Shown here in pieces: positions 10,742 to 20,070 of a stretch of 64,000 nucleotides of DNA. The translations under genes were made by a program, and so were the position numbers. Position 1 is the first letter of the stretch. Each line of letters begins with the position of its first letter. The stretch lies in NCBI GenBank assembly GCA_028874905.1, contig JAPPGZ010000078.1, positions 3,595 to 67,594 of the forward strand. The letters are read 5' to 3'. Source of the stretch: Gemmatimonadota bacterium. Its GTDB lineage: Bacteria > Gemmatimonadota > Gemmatimonadetes > Longimicrobiales > Gaopeijiaceae. A model generated the notes under the pieces. That model ran no database searches. It was not told where the DNA came from and saw only the letters and a program-made list of their open reading frames with translations.

Positions 10742-11728
10742 CTAGCGCGGGTAGGCGATCTTCAGGCGGTCTCCCTGACGGACGATCGTAAGCTCAACCG
10801 GATAATCAGCTTGCGTCAACAGGACGCGGAGTTCCATCACCGTGCCTGCCGACTCGCTGCTCACGGCCGTGATGACATCGCCCGCCCGCAGGCCGGCACC
10901 GGCGGCAGGACTGAACCCCATCACTTCCGTGACCAGCACGCCCGAGCCGACCCCGAAGTACTGTTCCAGGTCACCGGTCAGGTCGCGAACGAATGCGCCG
11001 CCGAGGACCACCGGCGTGCTGAGGATGAACGGAGCAAGCAGGTGTGGCCTTGCGGACCCCACCACTTCGACCCGCCGAGCGCCGGGTCCCCCACCGCCAG
11101 CCGCGTCCAGGGGCTGCATGGGATCCCGGAGACGCTGCTCGGCTTCACCAGCCTCCAATCCCGCCCTCGCCTCGCTGATCATCGCTCGGGTGGCTTCCCA
11201 TAGCCGCTGCTCGGCAGAGAGCACGCCGTCGGCGACGTCTCCCCAGTCGATCACCACCTGGAACAGGGAATCGATGTGCCGGCTCATCCGTGCCTGAGCG
11301 TCGAAGAAGCGTTCCATGGCGATCACCGGTTGCAGCGTCGAGGGCCGGGTCCCGGCGACGATTGCCAGGTCGTGTTCGTCGCCGCCGCGCTGCACCGTGA
11401 CATGAAGGGTCTGGCCGGCCCCGAGGGTACTCACGGCGTTGGTCCACGCCTGCCACGTCGGGAGACGGTTGCCGTTGACCGCCACGAGCCGGTCTCCCGG
11501 AATGAGACCGACCAGGTCGGCCGGGCCGGACCGATACACGTCGGCAATCACGATCTCGAAGACGGCGCTGTCCGCGGTTGGCATCACGGTCACGGCAGCG
11601 TCCAGGCGAATGCCCAGCCAGCCGCCCTCTTCAGACACCCTGACCGAGTCCTGCGCCGCCACCGCTGTGGCCAGACCGGCGAACAGCGCGCCGAAAACCA
11701 GGGGGAAGCCGTATCTCATCACACTCAA
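10742..11728 (-). CDS. PDZ domain-containing periplasmic protein
   Basis: Signal peptide and two PDZ-like segments (GLIPGDRLVAVNGNRL; AGLRAGDVITAVSS). Confidence 0.7.
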   Translation of the reverse strand: MSVMRYGFPLVFGALFAGLATAVAAQDSVRVSEEGGWLGIRLDAAVTVMPTADSAVFEIVIADVYRSGPADLVGLIPGDRLVAVNGNRLPTWQAWTNAVSTLGAGQTLHVTVQRGGDEHDLAIVAGTRPSTLQPVIAMERFFDAQARMSRHIDSLFQVVIDWGDVADGVLSAEQRLWEATRAMISEARAGLEAGEAEQRLRDPMQPLDAAGGGGPGARRVEVVGSARPHLLAPFILSTPVVLGGAFVRDLTGDLEQYFGVGSGVLVTEVMGFSPAAGAGLRAGDVITAVSSESAGTVMELRVLLTQADYPVELTIVRQGDRLKIAYPR

Positions 11729-12387
11729 TGCCAGTTCGCCTGGCTGATCTGGCGAAGGGTTTGCTGTCTCTCAGCCAGCGTGCTCACCACCAGTCCGTTG
11801 AAGAACTGGTCCGCCGGCGATTCCTCCACCGCAGCCCTGCTCGCGGCGAGAAGCGCGTCTATGGCAGCGAGCTTCACGGCCGGGTCCGCCGGCAATTCCC
11901 GCTCGCTCTGGGCGCCCAGCAGGCGGCGGAACTCGGCAAACGCGGCCGTCCACTCCTGCTCGGCTTCCTGCACGGCGAGAACGGCCTCTTCGAGGGACGC
12001 GAAGGACGCCACTTCCGTTTCCGCGGCGTCCGAGCCCGCCGCGAGGCCATCCGGCGCGGCTGCGGGAGCTCCGCCCGCCGCCCAGCCGAACGCGGTCCCG
12101 CCGGTAAACAGCACCAGCCCGGCGGCGATCCGCGTCCACTTCCGCCAGAACGCGGGGTCCCTGCGCGCGCCACGGACGAGGCCCTCCGCCACCAGCTTTT
12201 CTTCGAGCTCCGGCCAGCTGTCCGGGGGCGGCAGCACGGCGGGCAGATCCCTCAGCGATCGCTTCTGGGCCCGCAACGCTTCCAACTCGCGCCGCAGGCC
12301 GGGGTCGGCATCAAGGATCGCTCTTTCTTCGGATGTCGGCCGCTCGTCGACCAGCCGAGCCAACTGTTCGAGACTCAAACGCTCCAT
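11725..12387 (-). CDS. Putative anti-sigma factor
   Basis: Overlaps the ECF sigma gene stop. N-terminal cytoplasmic helix, one TM (IAAGLVLFTGGTAFGWAAG), periplasmic helical tail. Confidence 0.5.
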   Translation of the reverse strand: MERLSLEQLARLVDERPTSEERAILDADPGLRRELEALRAQKRSLRDLPAVLPPPDSWPELEEKLVAEGLVRGARRDPAFWRKWTRIAAGLVLFTGGTAFGWAAGGAPAAAPDGLAAGSDAAETEVASFASLEEAVLAVQEAEQEWTAAFAEFRRLLGAQSERELPADPAVKLAAIDALLAASRAAVEESPADQFFNGLVVSTLAERQQTLRQISQANWH

Positions 12388-13007
12388 GCTTCCACTTCCT
12401 TGGGCTGTGATTCAAAACCTCTCAGCATGCGCCTCATCTTTGCCCGCGCCTTGAACAACTGTGACTTCGAAGTGCCCGATGTCACCCCCAGGGCGGTACC
12501 GATTTCCTCGTGTGTATAGCCTTCCACGTCGTGCAGAATCAATACCTTTCTCATCCCCTCGGGAAGTTTGTCCAACGCCTGTTCCAGCTTCCGCTCCAGA
12601 AGGACATCGCCGACCTTCGGACCCACGGCGACGACCTCGGGCAGCGGCATTTCACGCATCCGCCTCGTCTTGGCCTTTCTGACCGCCTGCAGTGCGGTGT
12701 TTACCGCGATCCGGTGGAGCCAGGTCGAAAAACGGGCTTCACCGCGGAAGGAGGGAAGGGCGCGCAGGGCTCGAATCCATGTCTCCTGGGCGTAATCGTG
12801 CGCCAGGTCGTCGTCACCCGCGATGCGCCGCACGACCGCATACACCCGGGGGGAATACCGGTCGTAGAGCGCCCTGACGGCCTGTCCGTCTCCTTCGCAC
12901 GCTTGGCGTATCAGCTGGGCTTCGATGTGTTCGGATCCAGGTGAAGATGGGCGTGCCGTACTGTCTGTCGAGGATTGAGATGCATATACGCAAGATAAGG
13001 GTTGCAC
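12375..13007 (-). CDS. ECF-type RNA polymerase sigma factor
   Basis: Region 2 (YDRYSPRVYAVVRRIAGDDDLAHDYAQETWIRA) and region 4 (RKVLILHDVEGYTHEEIGTALGVTSGTSKSQLFKARAKM). Confidence 0.85.
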   Translation of the reverse strand: MQPLSCVYASQSSTDSTARPSSPGSEHIEAQLIRQACEGDGQAVRALYDRYSPRVYAVVRRIAGDDDLAHDYAQETWIRALRALPSFRGEARFSTWLHRIAVNTALQAVRKAKTRRMREMPLPEVVAVGPKVGDVLLERKLEQALDKLPEGMRKVLILHDVEGYTHEEIGTALGVTSGTSKSQLFKARAKMRRMLRGFESQPKEVEAWSV

Positions 13008-13109
13008 CCGTCAAAGGTTCCACACGGGTGCCCTGGATGCCAGCTTTACCCCTGTCTTGCCGCGGCCACCGGGCCTGCGGACGCCGACCCCCCACTCCCC
13101 GACGACACG

Positions 13110-14300
13110 ATGAACGATTCCATCCCCGCGCCTGCCGGTGCCACGCACCTGGAGTGCACCGCCACCGGCGCCACCTTCGATTCCGAGGTCCTGCAGGGTC
13201 TTTCGCCTGCAGGCAGGCCGTTTTTCGCCCGCTACGACCTCGACGCGATCCGCGAGCGCTTCACCCCCGCAGCGGTCGCTGGGCGAGCGCCTATGCTCTG
13301 GCGGTATGAAGAGGTGCTGCCCGTGCGGGATCGTGCCTGCCAGGTCAGCCTCGGGGAAGGGTTCACGCCGCTGCTGGAGTCGGCGCGCTTCGCTGCGCGG
13401 GTGGGCGTGCGCCGTCTGTGGATCAAGGACGAGGGACAGAATCCGACCGGCTCGTTCAAGGACCGGGGACTGTGCATGGCGGTCTCGCGTGCGCTCGAAC
13501 TGGGGGCGCGGGAGCTTGCGATTCCGTCGGCGGGCAATGCGGCGGGGTCGGCCGCGGCTTACGGAGCGGCCGCGGGACTGCCGGTTCACGTCGTCGTGCC
13601 CGTGGACACGCCGGCCCCCATCCTGGCCGAGATCCGCGCGCTCGGGGCGGACCTGGAACTCCTGGACGGCCTGATCAGCGACTGCGGCAGGGTCGTGCGC
13701 CAGCGTTGCGACGAGGACGGGTGGTGGGACCTGTCCACCCTGAAGGAGCCGTACCGCGTCGAAGGCAAGAAGACGATGGGATACGAGCTGTTCGAGCAGC
13801 TGGGCGGACGGCTCCCGGACGCGATCGTCTACCCGACAGGCGGCGGCACCGGCCTGATCGGCATGTGGAAGGCCTTCGCCGAGATGGAGGCTCTTGGATG
13901 GATCGGTGCCGAGAGGCCGCGGATGTTCACCGTGCAGGCGACCGGCTGCGCCCCGATGGTGCGGGCTTGGGAAGAGGGGACGAAGCACGCCGGGCTGTGG
14001 GAGGACGCCACCACGTTTGCGGCGGGGCTGAGGGTTCCGGGGGCCGTGGGCGACTTCCTCATCCTTCGTGCGCTGCGGGAATCGGGGGGTGGGGCGGTGG
14101 CGGTCACCGACCATGCCATGGCGGAGTGGGTCGAGGCCATGGGAGCCGCGACGGGGATTTTTGGAGCGCCGGAGGGCGGGGCGACGGCGGCCGCGGTGCC
14201 GCGGCTGCTTGAGATGGGACTGATCCGCGACAGCGATGAGGTGGTGCTCTTCAACACGGGCAGCGGGCTCAAGTACGTGGGGATGGAGCCGGTGGATTGA
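13110..14300 (+). CDS. thrC: Threonine synthase
   Basis: PLP-lysine motif NPTGSFKDRG. Fold-type II PLP pattern (IPSAGNAAGSAAAYGA; PTGGGTGLIGMWKAF). Start placed at the ATG at 13110; the track ORF opens at 13002. Confidence 0.8.
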   Translation: MNDSIPAPAGATHLECTATGATFDSEVLQGLSPAGRPFFARYDLDAIRERFTPAAVAGRAPMLWRYEEVLPVRDRACQVSLGEGFTPLLESARFAARVGVRRLWIKDEGQNPTGSFKDRGLCMAVSRALELGARELAIPSAGNAAGSAAAYGAAAGLPVHVVVPVDTPAPILAEIRALGADLELLDGLISDCGRVVRQRCDEDGWWDLSTLKEPYRVEGKKTMGYELFEQLGGRLPDAIVYPTGGGTGLIGMWKAFAEMEALGWIGAERPRMFTVQATGCAPMVRAWEEGTKHAGLWEDATTFAAGLRVPGAVGDFLILRALRESGGGAVAVTDHAMAEWVEAMGAATGIFGAPEGGATAAAVPRLLEMGLIRDSDEVVLFNTGSGLKYVGMEPVD

Positions 14301-14357
14301 CCGGATTTCGAGCGGCCGGACCTCGGGTGGCCGGGCGTCGCATGGCCGGGCTGAGGG

Positions 14358-14915
14358 TCAGTTGGAGTCCCGCCAGCGATAGCTGAATTCCGGCAGCGGG
14401 ACCAGGCTTGTGCGAAGCGGGGGCGCTTGCTCTGCACCGGCGGGCCGCTTGACCGCCAGCGCGCGGTTCAGATGGATGGTGAAGGCGGCGTTGTGCCGGG
14501 ATCCGAAGTCCCATCCCACACCCACGGGCAGCCGCGCGACCAGGCCGGCTCCGGTGCCGTCTTCTTCCCGCGCGACGATTCCCCACAGGCCGAAGCCCAG
14601 AAACGGCTCCAAGGAGCGGGACCCCAGGTACTGCTTGGCCGTCACCGACACGCTGAGGGCCCGGAGCCGCCAGGTGCCAGCCTGGACCTCCAGACCCCGG
14701 TTGCCCCAGCGGTATTCCCCCACCAGTGCCGCCATGCTCGCGCCGAACACGGACACGCCGAATCGGTACTGGGCGGAGAGCGGGGCGGCTGCGACGACAA
14801 TCAGGAGGCAGGATAGCGACAGCGCGGGGAGAAACGCCGGGAGGATTCGCCGTCGCGGGCCATCGGCACCCCGTCGGATCGGCCGGTTGCGAAGGGAGGG
14901 GGACGGTGGGATCAT
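14358..14915 (-). CDS. Small outer-membrane beta-barrel-like hypothetical protein
   Basis: Start moved to ATG 14915, giving a signal peptide (LSLSCLLIVVAAAPLSAQ) followed by alternating beta-strand pattern. The upstream 131 codons look like high-GC read-through. Confidence 0.4.
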   Translation of the reverse strand: MIPPSPSLRNRPIRRGADGPRRRILPAFLPALSLSCLLIVVAAAPLSAQYRFGVSVFGASMAALVGEYRWGNRGLEVQAGTWRLRALSVSVTAKQYLGSRSLEPFLGFGLWGIVAREEDGTGAGLVARLPVGVGWDFGSRHNAAFTIHLNRALAVKRPAGAEQAPPLRTSLVPLPEFSYRWRDSN

Positions 14916-14965
14916 GGTGGGCGAGTATAACGTGGCCGATTCCGGGCTTCCAGGTTGGTGCATCG

Positions 14966-15907
14966 ATGACGTCTCCCACGCGTGGGCCATTGCGCCGCGA
15001 CGGATGGCAGACCCTGTCGGCATTGCTGGTGGGCCTGTCTGCGGCTTGTCCTGGTGCGGACGACGGCGGTGTGCCGGCACCTCTGCTCCCGGAGCCCGCC
15101 TTGACGCGCTATGCGCCCGATTCGTTGCGCGTCGTGCCTCTGAGCGCGGGCGTCCACTATCGCTACCTCTGGTCGCCGTCCGGGCCGTGGGCGATCCACC
15201 TGGTCTCCGCCGACCTTGACCGATGTCAGCTGGACTTGAGGGTGATTCCAGCGCTGGCCGCGGACGGAGCCACCCGGATTCGGAAGGCCGTCTCGGACAT
15301 GCGGCCATCGGGCGATGCAGATGTACAGGTGCTTGCCGGCGTCAACGGGGACTTCTTTGCCGCGGACGGGACTCCGGTGGGACCTGAAGTCACGCGTTCG
15401 ACCTGGCGCGTCTCGGAACGGCCCGCGCTTGCGTGGGGACGGGACCGGTTGCTTCGGATCGGGCCGAGCGACGCGGAGGTGGACACTGTCGGCGCGGCCC
15501 CACAGGTCATCGGGGGCTTTCCCGAGCTTCTGGACGGCGGAACCCCGGTGGGGGACCTGGGGATTGCCGAACGTCCCTCCTTCGCGGCCGCGCGACACCC
15601 GCGAACCGCGGCCGGTCTGGACGTTCAGAGCGGGTTGCTGTGGCTCGTTGTCGTCGACGGGCGGCAGATGCCGTATTCCGACGGGATGTCCCTTCCGGAA
15701 CTGACCGAACTCTTCCTGGCCCTGGGAGTGGACGAAGCGTTGAACCTCGATGGTGGCGGCTCGTCCGCGATGTCCGCGGGCGGACGAATCGTCAGCCGGC
15801 CATCGGATTCGGACGGAGAGCGCGCGGTAGCGAACAGCCTGTGGCTCGTGCTCGACGAGGCCGGGTGTCAGCGCTCCCGATCCCAGGCGAGCGAAAGCCC
15901 CAGGTAG
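14966..15907 (+). CDS. Phosphodiester glycosidase (NAGPA-domain) family protein
   Basis: Lipoprotein-like N-terminus after ATG 14966. GVNGDFF and NLDGGGSS motifs are characteristic of the family. Confidence 0.6.
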   Translation: MTSPTRGPLRRDGWQTLSALLVGLSAACPGADDGGVPAPLLPEPALTRYAPDSLRVVPLSAGVHYRYLWSPSGPWAIHLVSADLDRCQLDLRVIPALAADGATRIRKAVSDMRPSGDADVQVLAGVNGDFFAADGTPVGPEVTRSTWRVSERPALAWGRDRLLRIGPSDAEVDTVGAAPQVIGGFPELLDGGTPVGDLGIAERPSFAAARHPRTAAGLDVQSGLLWLVVVDGRQMPYSDGMSLPELTELFLALGVDEALNLDGGGSSAMSAGGRIVSRPSDSDGERAVANSLWLVLDEAGCQRSRSQASESPR

Positions 15908-17997
15908 CCGCCCCGGTCGGGTCCGGGCTCGAAAAACCGTCCTCCAAAGGCGTTGACGACCACCGACGACGCGTAGCGGACGTTCGTGAGGTTCGTGACG
16001 GCCGCAAAGGGCGACACTCGGACATTCCCCGCCCGGATTCCGGAAGCGCCGGCGCGCAGTTCGACCAGCGTGTAGCCCTCGGCGCTGGCATCGTTGGCAT
16101 CGTTCGCCGGCACCTCGCCGCGCCTCTCGACGCGCAGTTCGCCGAACCACGGCCCGCCGCCCGCCCGCAGACTGGCCTCAAGGCGGTGGGGCGCGATACC
16201 GGGAACGCGGTTGCCGTCGAAGTTGTTGTCCCCTACGGAAAACTCGGTGAACCGGGCGCTGACGTAGCCGTAGGCGATGCGCGTGGTCAGTACCGGCGAC
16301 AGCACGGCCCGCGCCGACGCCTCGAAACCGCGCACGGTGGACCTGCCCGCGTTGCGGTAGAAGCGCCGTCCAGGCGCGGCCGGGACTTCGAACGGCACCA
16401 GCTGGTTGGACAGGCTCGACGCGAAGGCGGTGAGGTCGTACGCGGAGCGACTGCCCAGCACGCCGCGGATTCCTCCTTCGGTCGTCCATCCGCTCTGAGG
16501 CTCCAGGCCGGGGTTGAAGCCGCCGGCGCGTGTGGGCTGATTGGCAAGTTCGGTCGTGGTCGGCGTCTCGAAGGAACGGGCGAGCGAGGCGAACAGGCCG
16601 TGGTCTCCCAGATCGATGTGCAGGCCCAGCGACGGATTCAGCCCGCTCATCGTCCGCGAGCCCGAGTCGTCGGGGTCATCCGCAGTGACCAGGCGGTCGT
16701 CGGCCGTGAAATTCAAATGGTCGAATCGCACCGCCCCCATGACGCTCAGCCGTGCCGCCACAGGCACCTGGAGCTGCCCGAAAAGGGCCGCCGCGCGAAC
16801 CCGCTCATCCTGATCGAGAACCCGGCCGCCGCGTTCGCCCCCGTCGTTGGCGAAGTTCCGGCGATCGTCACTCTGCAGTTCGCTCTCCAGTCCGAAGTCG
16901 AGCCGGCCCCGACCCGTCCCGGTGCTCCACTCCCGCGCCATGGCAAGGCGTACGCCCCCGCCACTTCGGTTCAGATCGAGCACGCGCGTGGGAATGGGGT
17001 TGTCCAGTTCGCGTCTCACGCCGTAGGCCGAGAACGCGCCCTCCAGGCTCCCGACGCCACCCGTCCAGCTGACGCCGGCCTGGCCCTGGCGAACGGCCTT
17101 TCTGGTTCGGCGGGCCACGTTGAACCCCCACGCCTGGTTGCTCCCCTCGTCGAAGAGGTTCGCCGGGAGGGAGCCCGCGTTGAGCGCGTCCAGATCAAGG
17201 CCGTTCACCTGCACGGCCAGCGTGCCGCCGCCGACCGCAGTGGTGAAGCCGGCATTGAGGGTGGTGCGGTCCGCCTGGCTGTACGGGTCTTCACCGGATT
17301 CCGAGACGTTGTTGCGAAAGCCGTCGAAGCTGGTCCGAGCCACGCTTGCGCGGAAGCCGACGGCCCCTGACGTACCCGATCCGGTCGCCTGTATCCTCAG
17401 CAGCCCGTCCGAGCCCCTCACGAAGGTGGCTTCCTGCCGGTAGCTTCCCGCGTACGGATCCGCGCTGCGAAACAGGAGGACCCCGCCCGCGCCGTTCCCG
17501 TACAGCGCCGCCGCCGGGCCGCGCAGCGCCTCCACGCGGCCGAGAGATCCGATGTCGAGGTGATCGAGGGTGCTCTGGCCGTCCGGAAGCGTTGCGGGAA
17601 TCCCGTCCACCAGGATCTTGATCCCGCGCACGCCGAACTGCGAGCGCGCGCCGAACCCGCGGATCGAGATGCGTTCGCCGACCGCTGCGTTGTAGCGGTT
17701 CTGCACCCGCACGCCGGGGAGCGCGTGCAGCGCTTCCTCGATAGACAGGCCGGAGTTGCCCTGCGCCAGATCGCGACCGGCGATGATCGAAGCCGAGAAG
17801 GGCAGCCTGTCGAGTCGCACCGGGGACCGCAGCACCGAGACGACAATGGGCGAGAGTTCGACGGTGTCCGCCGCTTCGGTCTGGGCCGCGGCCGGCAGCG
17901 GGACATGGAGCGTTGCCGTGCCGAGTATCACAGTCGCCAGAGCCTGCCGGTGCACTCGGGGCACACGGGGACGGATTCGAGAGGTTGGTGTGGTCAC
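15868..17997 (-). CDS. TonB-dependent receptor
   Basis: Signal peptide, plug domain (VRVQNRYNAAVGERISIRGFG...GIKILVDGIPAT), and a long beta-barrel with a repetitive strand pattern. Confidence 0.9.
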   Translation of the reverse strand: MTTPTSRIRPRVPRVHRQALATVILGTATLHVPLPAAAQTEAADTVELSPIVVSVLRSPVRLDRLPFSASIIAGRDLAQGNSGLSIEEALHALPGVRVQNRYNAAVGERISIRGFGARSQFGVRGIKILVDGIPATLPDGQSTLDHLDIGSLGRVEALRGPAAALYGNGAGGVLLFRSADPYAGSYRQEATFVRGSDGLLRIQATGSGTSGAVGFRASVARTSFDGFRNNVSESGEDPYSQADRTTLNAGFTTAVGGGTLAVQVNGLDLDALNAGSLPANLFDEGSNQAWGFNVARRTRKAVRQGQAGVSWTGGVGSLEGAFSAYGVRRELDNPIPTRVLDLNRSGGGVRLAMAREWSTGTGRGRLDFGLESELQSDDRRNFANDGGERGGRVLDQDERVRAAALFGQLQVPVAARLSVMGAVRFDHLNFTADDRLVTADDPDDSGSRTMSGLNPSLGLHIDLGDHGLFASLARSFETPTTTELANQPTRAGGFNPGLEPQSGWTTEGGIRGVLGSRSAYDLTAFASSLSNQLVPFEVPAAPGRRFYRNAGRSTVRGFEASARAVLSPVLTTRIAYGYVSARFTEFSVGDNNFDGNRVPGIAPHRLEASLRAGGGPWFGELRVERRGEVPANDANDASAEGYTLVELRAGASGIRAGNVRVSPFAAVTNLTNVRYASSVVVNAFGGRFFEPGPDRGGYLGLSLAWDRER

Positions 17998-18083
17998 GCT
18001 GATCGACAGTTGGTCAAGGGAGCCTGAGGAATCCGGCCGCCGGCAAACGGGCGAGTCGGAACACTTCGCGGGGAAGCTACCGT

Positions 18084-19946
18084 TCAGGGCTGCTTCGATT
18101 CAACCCGCAAGTTGAGGGTGGCGTACCGTTGCTGGGCGGGAATCAGGACCTCTTCTTCCCTCGAGGCGATGAACTCGGACGGCGTATAGGCGACTTCCAG
18201 CGCGTCGGGATTGAGTTGCTCACCGGGGTCGAGAACCGCTACGCGAAGGCTGGTATCCACAGGCACCCAGCATGCGCGGTAGTACCCCAGGGCGTCGGTG
18301 GTGACCGCCGTTCCGGCCCGCCCCGCCCGCAACCGCCTGTCGACGACGGACCCCTCCTGGAAGGCGGAGATGTCGTATTCCCGGAACAGGACACGCACGG
18401 TCGCGCCGGAAACGGGGTCGCCGGCGTCGTTTGTGACACGACCAACCAGGATGGCGTGGCTCCGCAGCACCCGTCCACCCGGCATGGTGGTCGCTTCGTC
18501 CGGTGGCTCGACATCGTCGCAGAGCCGGTCCAGAACCCGGCCGATCCGCGGGGCCGCGAAGTTCACCTGTGCCGGAGTCTCCGCGCCGTCGACCACCTCC
18601 ACATCCCAGGGCTCGGGCAGGTAGGAGAACCGCGACAGGTAGCGGTGTGTGAAGTTGACCGAGTAGATGCCGGGCTCCAGCCGGGTGAATTCGAAGCGGC
18701 CCTCGCGATCGGTCCTGGTTTCGATCGTCGTGCCCTCAATGAAGACGACGGCCCCGGGGAGTCCGGCGCGCAGGCTGTCGAACACCACTCCCGCGATGCG
18801 GCCGCCCAGGTCCGCCTCCATGACCGTTCCTTCGTTGCCGTGGACCTTCAGGACATCGCCGCCCTGCTCGGTAATCCCGTCGAGTACGGTCACGACCCTG
18901 CTGTCGAACGGACTGACCTCGACCCTGCCGCGGGGCATGCGGATCCTCCACGAACTCACGATCCAGGTGCCGTTGGGCAGCGCCTCGAACTCCACCATTC
19001 CCCCCGGGTTCGCACGCTCGAGACCGGGGGGGAGGTCAAGGTTCTGATAGTAGTAGTCGAGGCGGCGCAGCTCCGAGTTCTCGGCGTCGAGCCACAGCGT
19101 TCCCCGAATCTCCTCGATTCTGCGGCCGGGAACCGGTTCGAACTCCAGGCCGATCAACCCCTCCTCGCTGCCGTCCGTCTTGAGGCGGAAGCAGTGGGTG
19201 TCGAGGAACGGGTCGGAGAGAAGTACGCCTGCATCGGGGGCCCAGTACACGGACTCGTTGGGGGTGATTCTCGCAAATCCCTCCGCAATCAGGGAGTCCG
19301 CCGGAAGGGAGACGAACGGGTATTGGCGGTACGCGCGCTCGAAGTTGCGGTCTTCCGAGACCACGTGCCGGCCCTCCGGCCCCAGCTGCCGAAGGATCCC
19401 CATCATCTCGTAGCGATAGTACCCCCGCTCCTGCGTAAACGCCGCGGCGTCCAGCGCCTTGCGCGCCTCGTCCCACACCCGGGTGACCGCGAGGCCCTCC
19501 TCGGGGCGGACCCGGCACCGCCGATCGGCCTCGGCCTCGATACCCGCGAGCGAGACCGCCGCCACCGCCGAAGCCAGCCGGATGGTGACCGTATCGCCGG
19601 CTGCAAGGTCGAAGTAGTCCGAGTAGGTGGTCGCGTACCCGATCCGGTCGGCCCTCAGCCGATATCTGCCGGTAGCGGTCGTACTCACCTCGAACAGCCC
19701 GGAGTCGCGCGTCAGCACCCGGGAGATCTGATTGTTGTTGCGGTCGAGCAGGCTGATCATCGCGCCGCCCACGGCCGCGTCGTCGGCAGAGTCCACGAGC
19801 CGGCCTCGGACCACCTGTCCGGCGACCGGTGCGACCGTGCCCGCGACAGTGGCACCGAGCAGCAGGACAGCGAAGCCGGGACGACAGACCATCGGACGAC
19901 GAACCATCGGAAAAAGCGGGCGCGGCACGGGGGCATTCTCCAGCAT
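18084..19946 (-). CDS. Carboxypeptidase-regulatory-like domain protein (secreted)
   Basis: Three CarboxypepD_reg-like segments (VRGRLVDSADDAAVGGAMISLLD; GVVFDS..GAVVFIEGT..TDREGRFEF; GRVTNDAGDPVSGATVRVL). Start moved to the internal MLEN. Confidence 0.5.
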   Translation of the reverse strand: MLENAPVPRPLFPMVRRPMVCRPGFAVLLLGATVAGTVAPVAGQVVRGRLVDSADDAAVGGAMISLLDRNNNQISRVLTRDSGLFEVSTTATGRYRLRADRIGYATTYSDYFDLAAGDTVTIRLASAVAAVSLAGIEAEADRRCRVRPEEGLAVTRVWDEARKALDAAAFTQERGYYRYEMMGILRQLGPEGRHVVSEDRNFERAYRQYPFVSLPADSLIAEGFARITPNESVYWAPDAGVLLSDPFLDTHCFRLKTDGSEEGLIGLEFEPVPGRRIEEIRGTLWLDAENSELRRLDYYYQNLDLPPGLERANPGGMVEFEALPNGTWIVSSWRIRMPRGRVEVSPFDSRVVTVLDGITEQGGDVLKVHGNEGTVMEADLGGRIAGVVFDSLRAGLPGAVVFIEGTTIETRTDREGRFEFTRLEPGIYSVNFTHRYLSRFSYLPEPWDVEVVDGAETPAQVNFAAPRIGRVLDRLCDDVEPPDEATTMPGGRVLRSHAILVGRVTNDAGDPVSGATVRVLFREYDISAFQEGSVVDRRLRAGRAGTAVTTDALGYYRACWVPVDTSLRVAVLDPGEQLNPDALEVAYTPSEFIASREEEVLIPAQQRYATLNLRVESKQP

Positions 19947-20070
19947 TGGTGCTTTGCTACAAGGTAATACGTCGGATCGCCCACGGCATGACACAAGCCG
20001 CCCTTGAGCCCAGTCCCGGTCGCGGCTTACCTTGGCCTGCCAACGTTCCGTAGCAGGATGGGAGTCAGCC

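Noticed and set aside
14916-15308. N-terminal 131 codons of ORF 14358-15308
   Set aside because: Arg/Pro/Ser-rich, and overlaps the divergent glycosidase gene. A signal peptide appears only after the internal ATG at 14915.
15868-15907. 40-nt convergent overlap between the glycosidase-family gene and the TonB-dependent receptor
   Set aside because: Considered as a possible antisense regulatory arrangement. However, both 3' ends are simply as the ORFs dictate, and there is no supporting structure or repeat, so it is not reported as a finding.
17998-18083. Possible riboswitch (e.g. cobalamin) in the leader of the TonB-dependent receptor
   Set aside because: No B12-box-like or other conserved riboswitch core is visible in the 86-nt leader.
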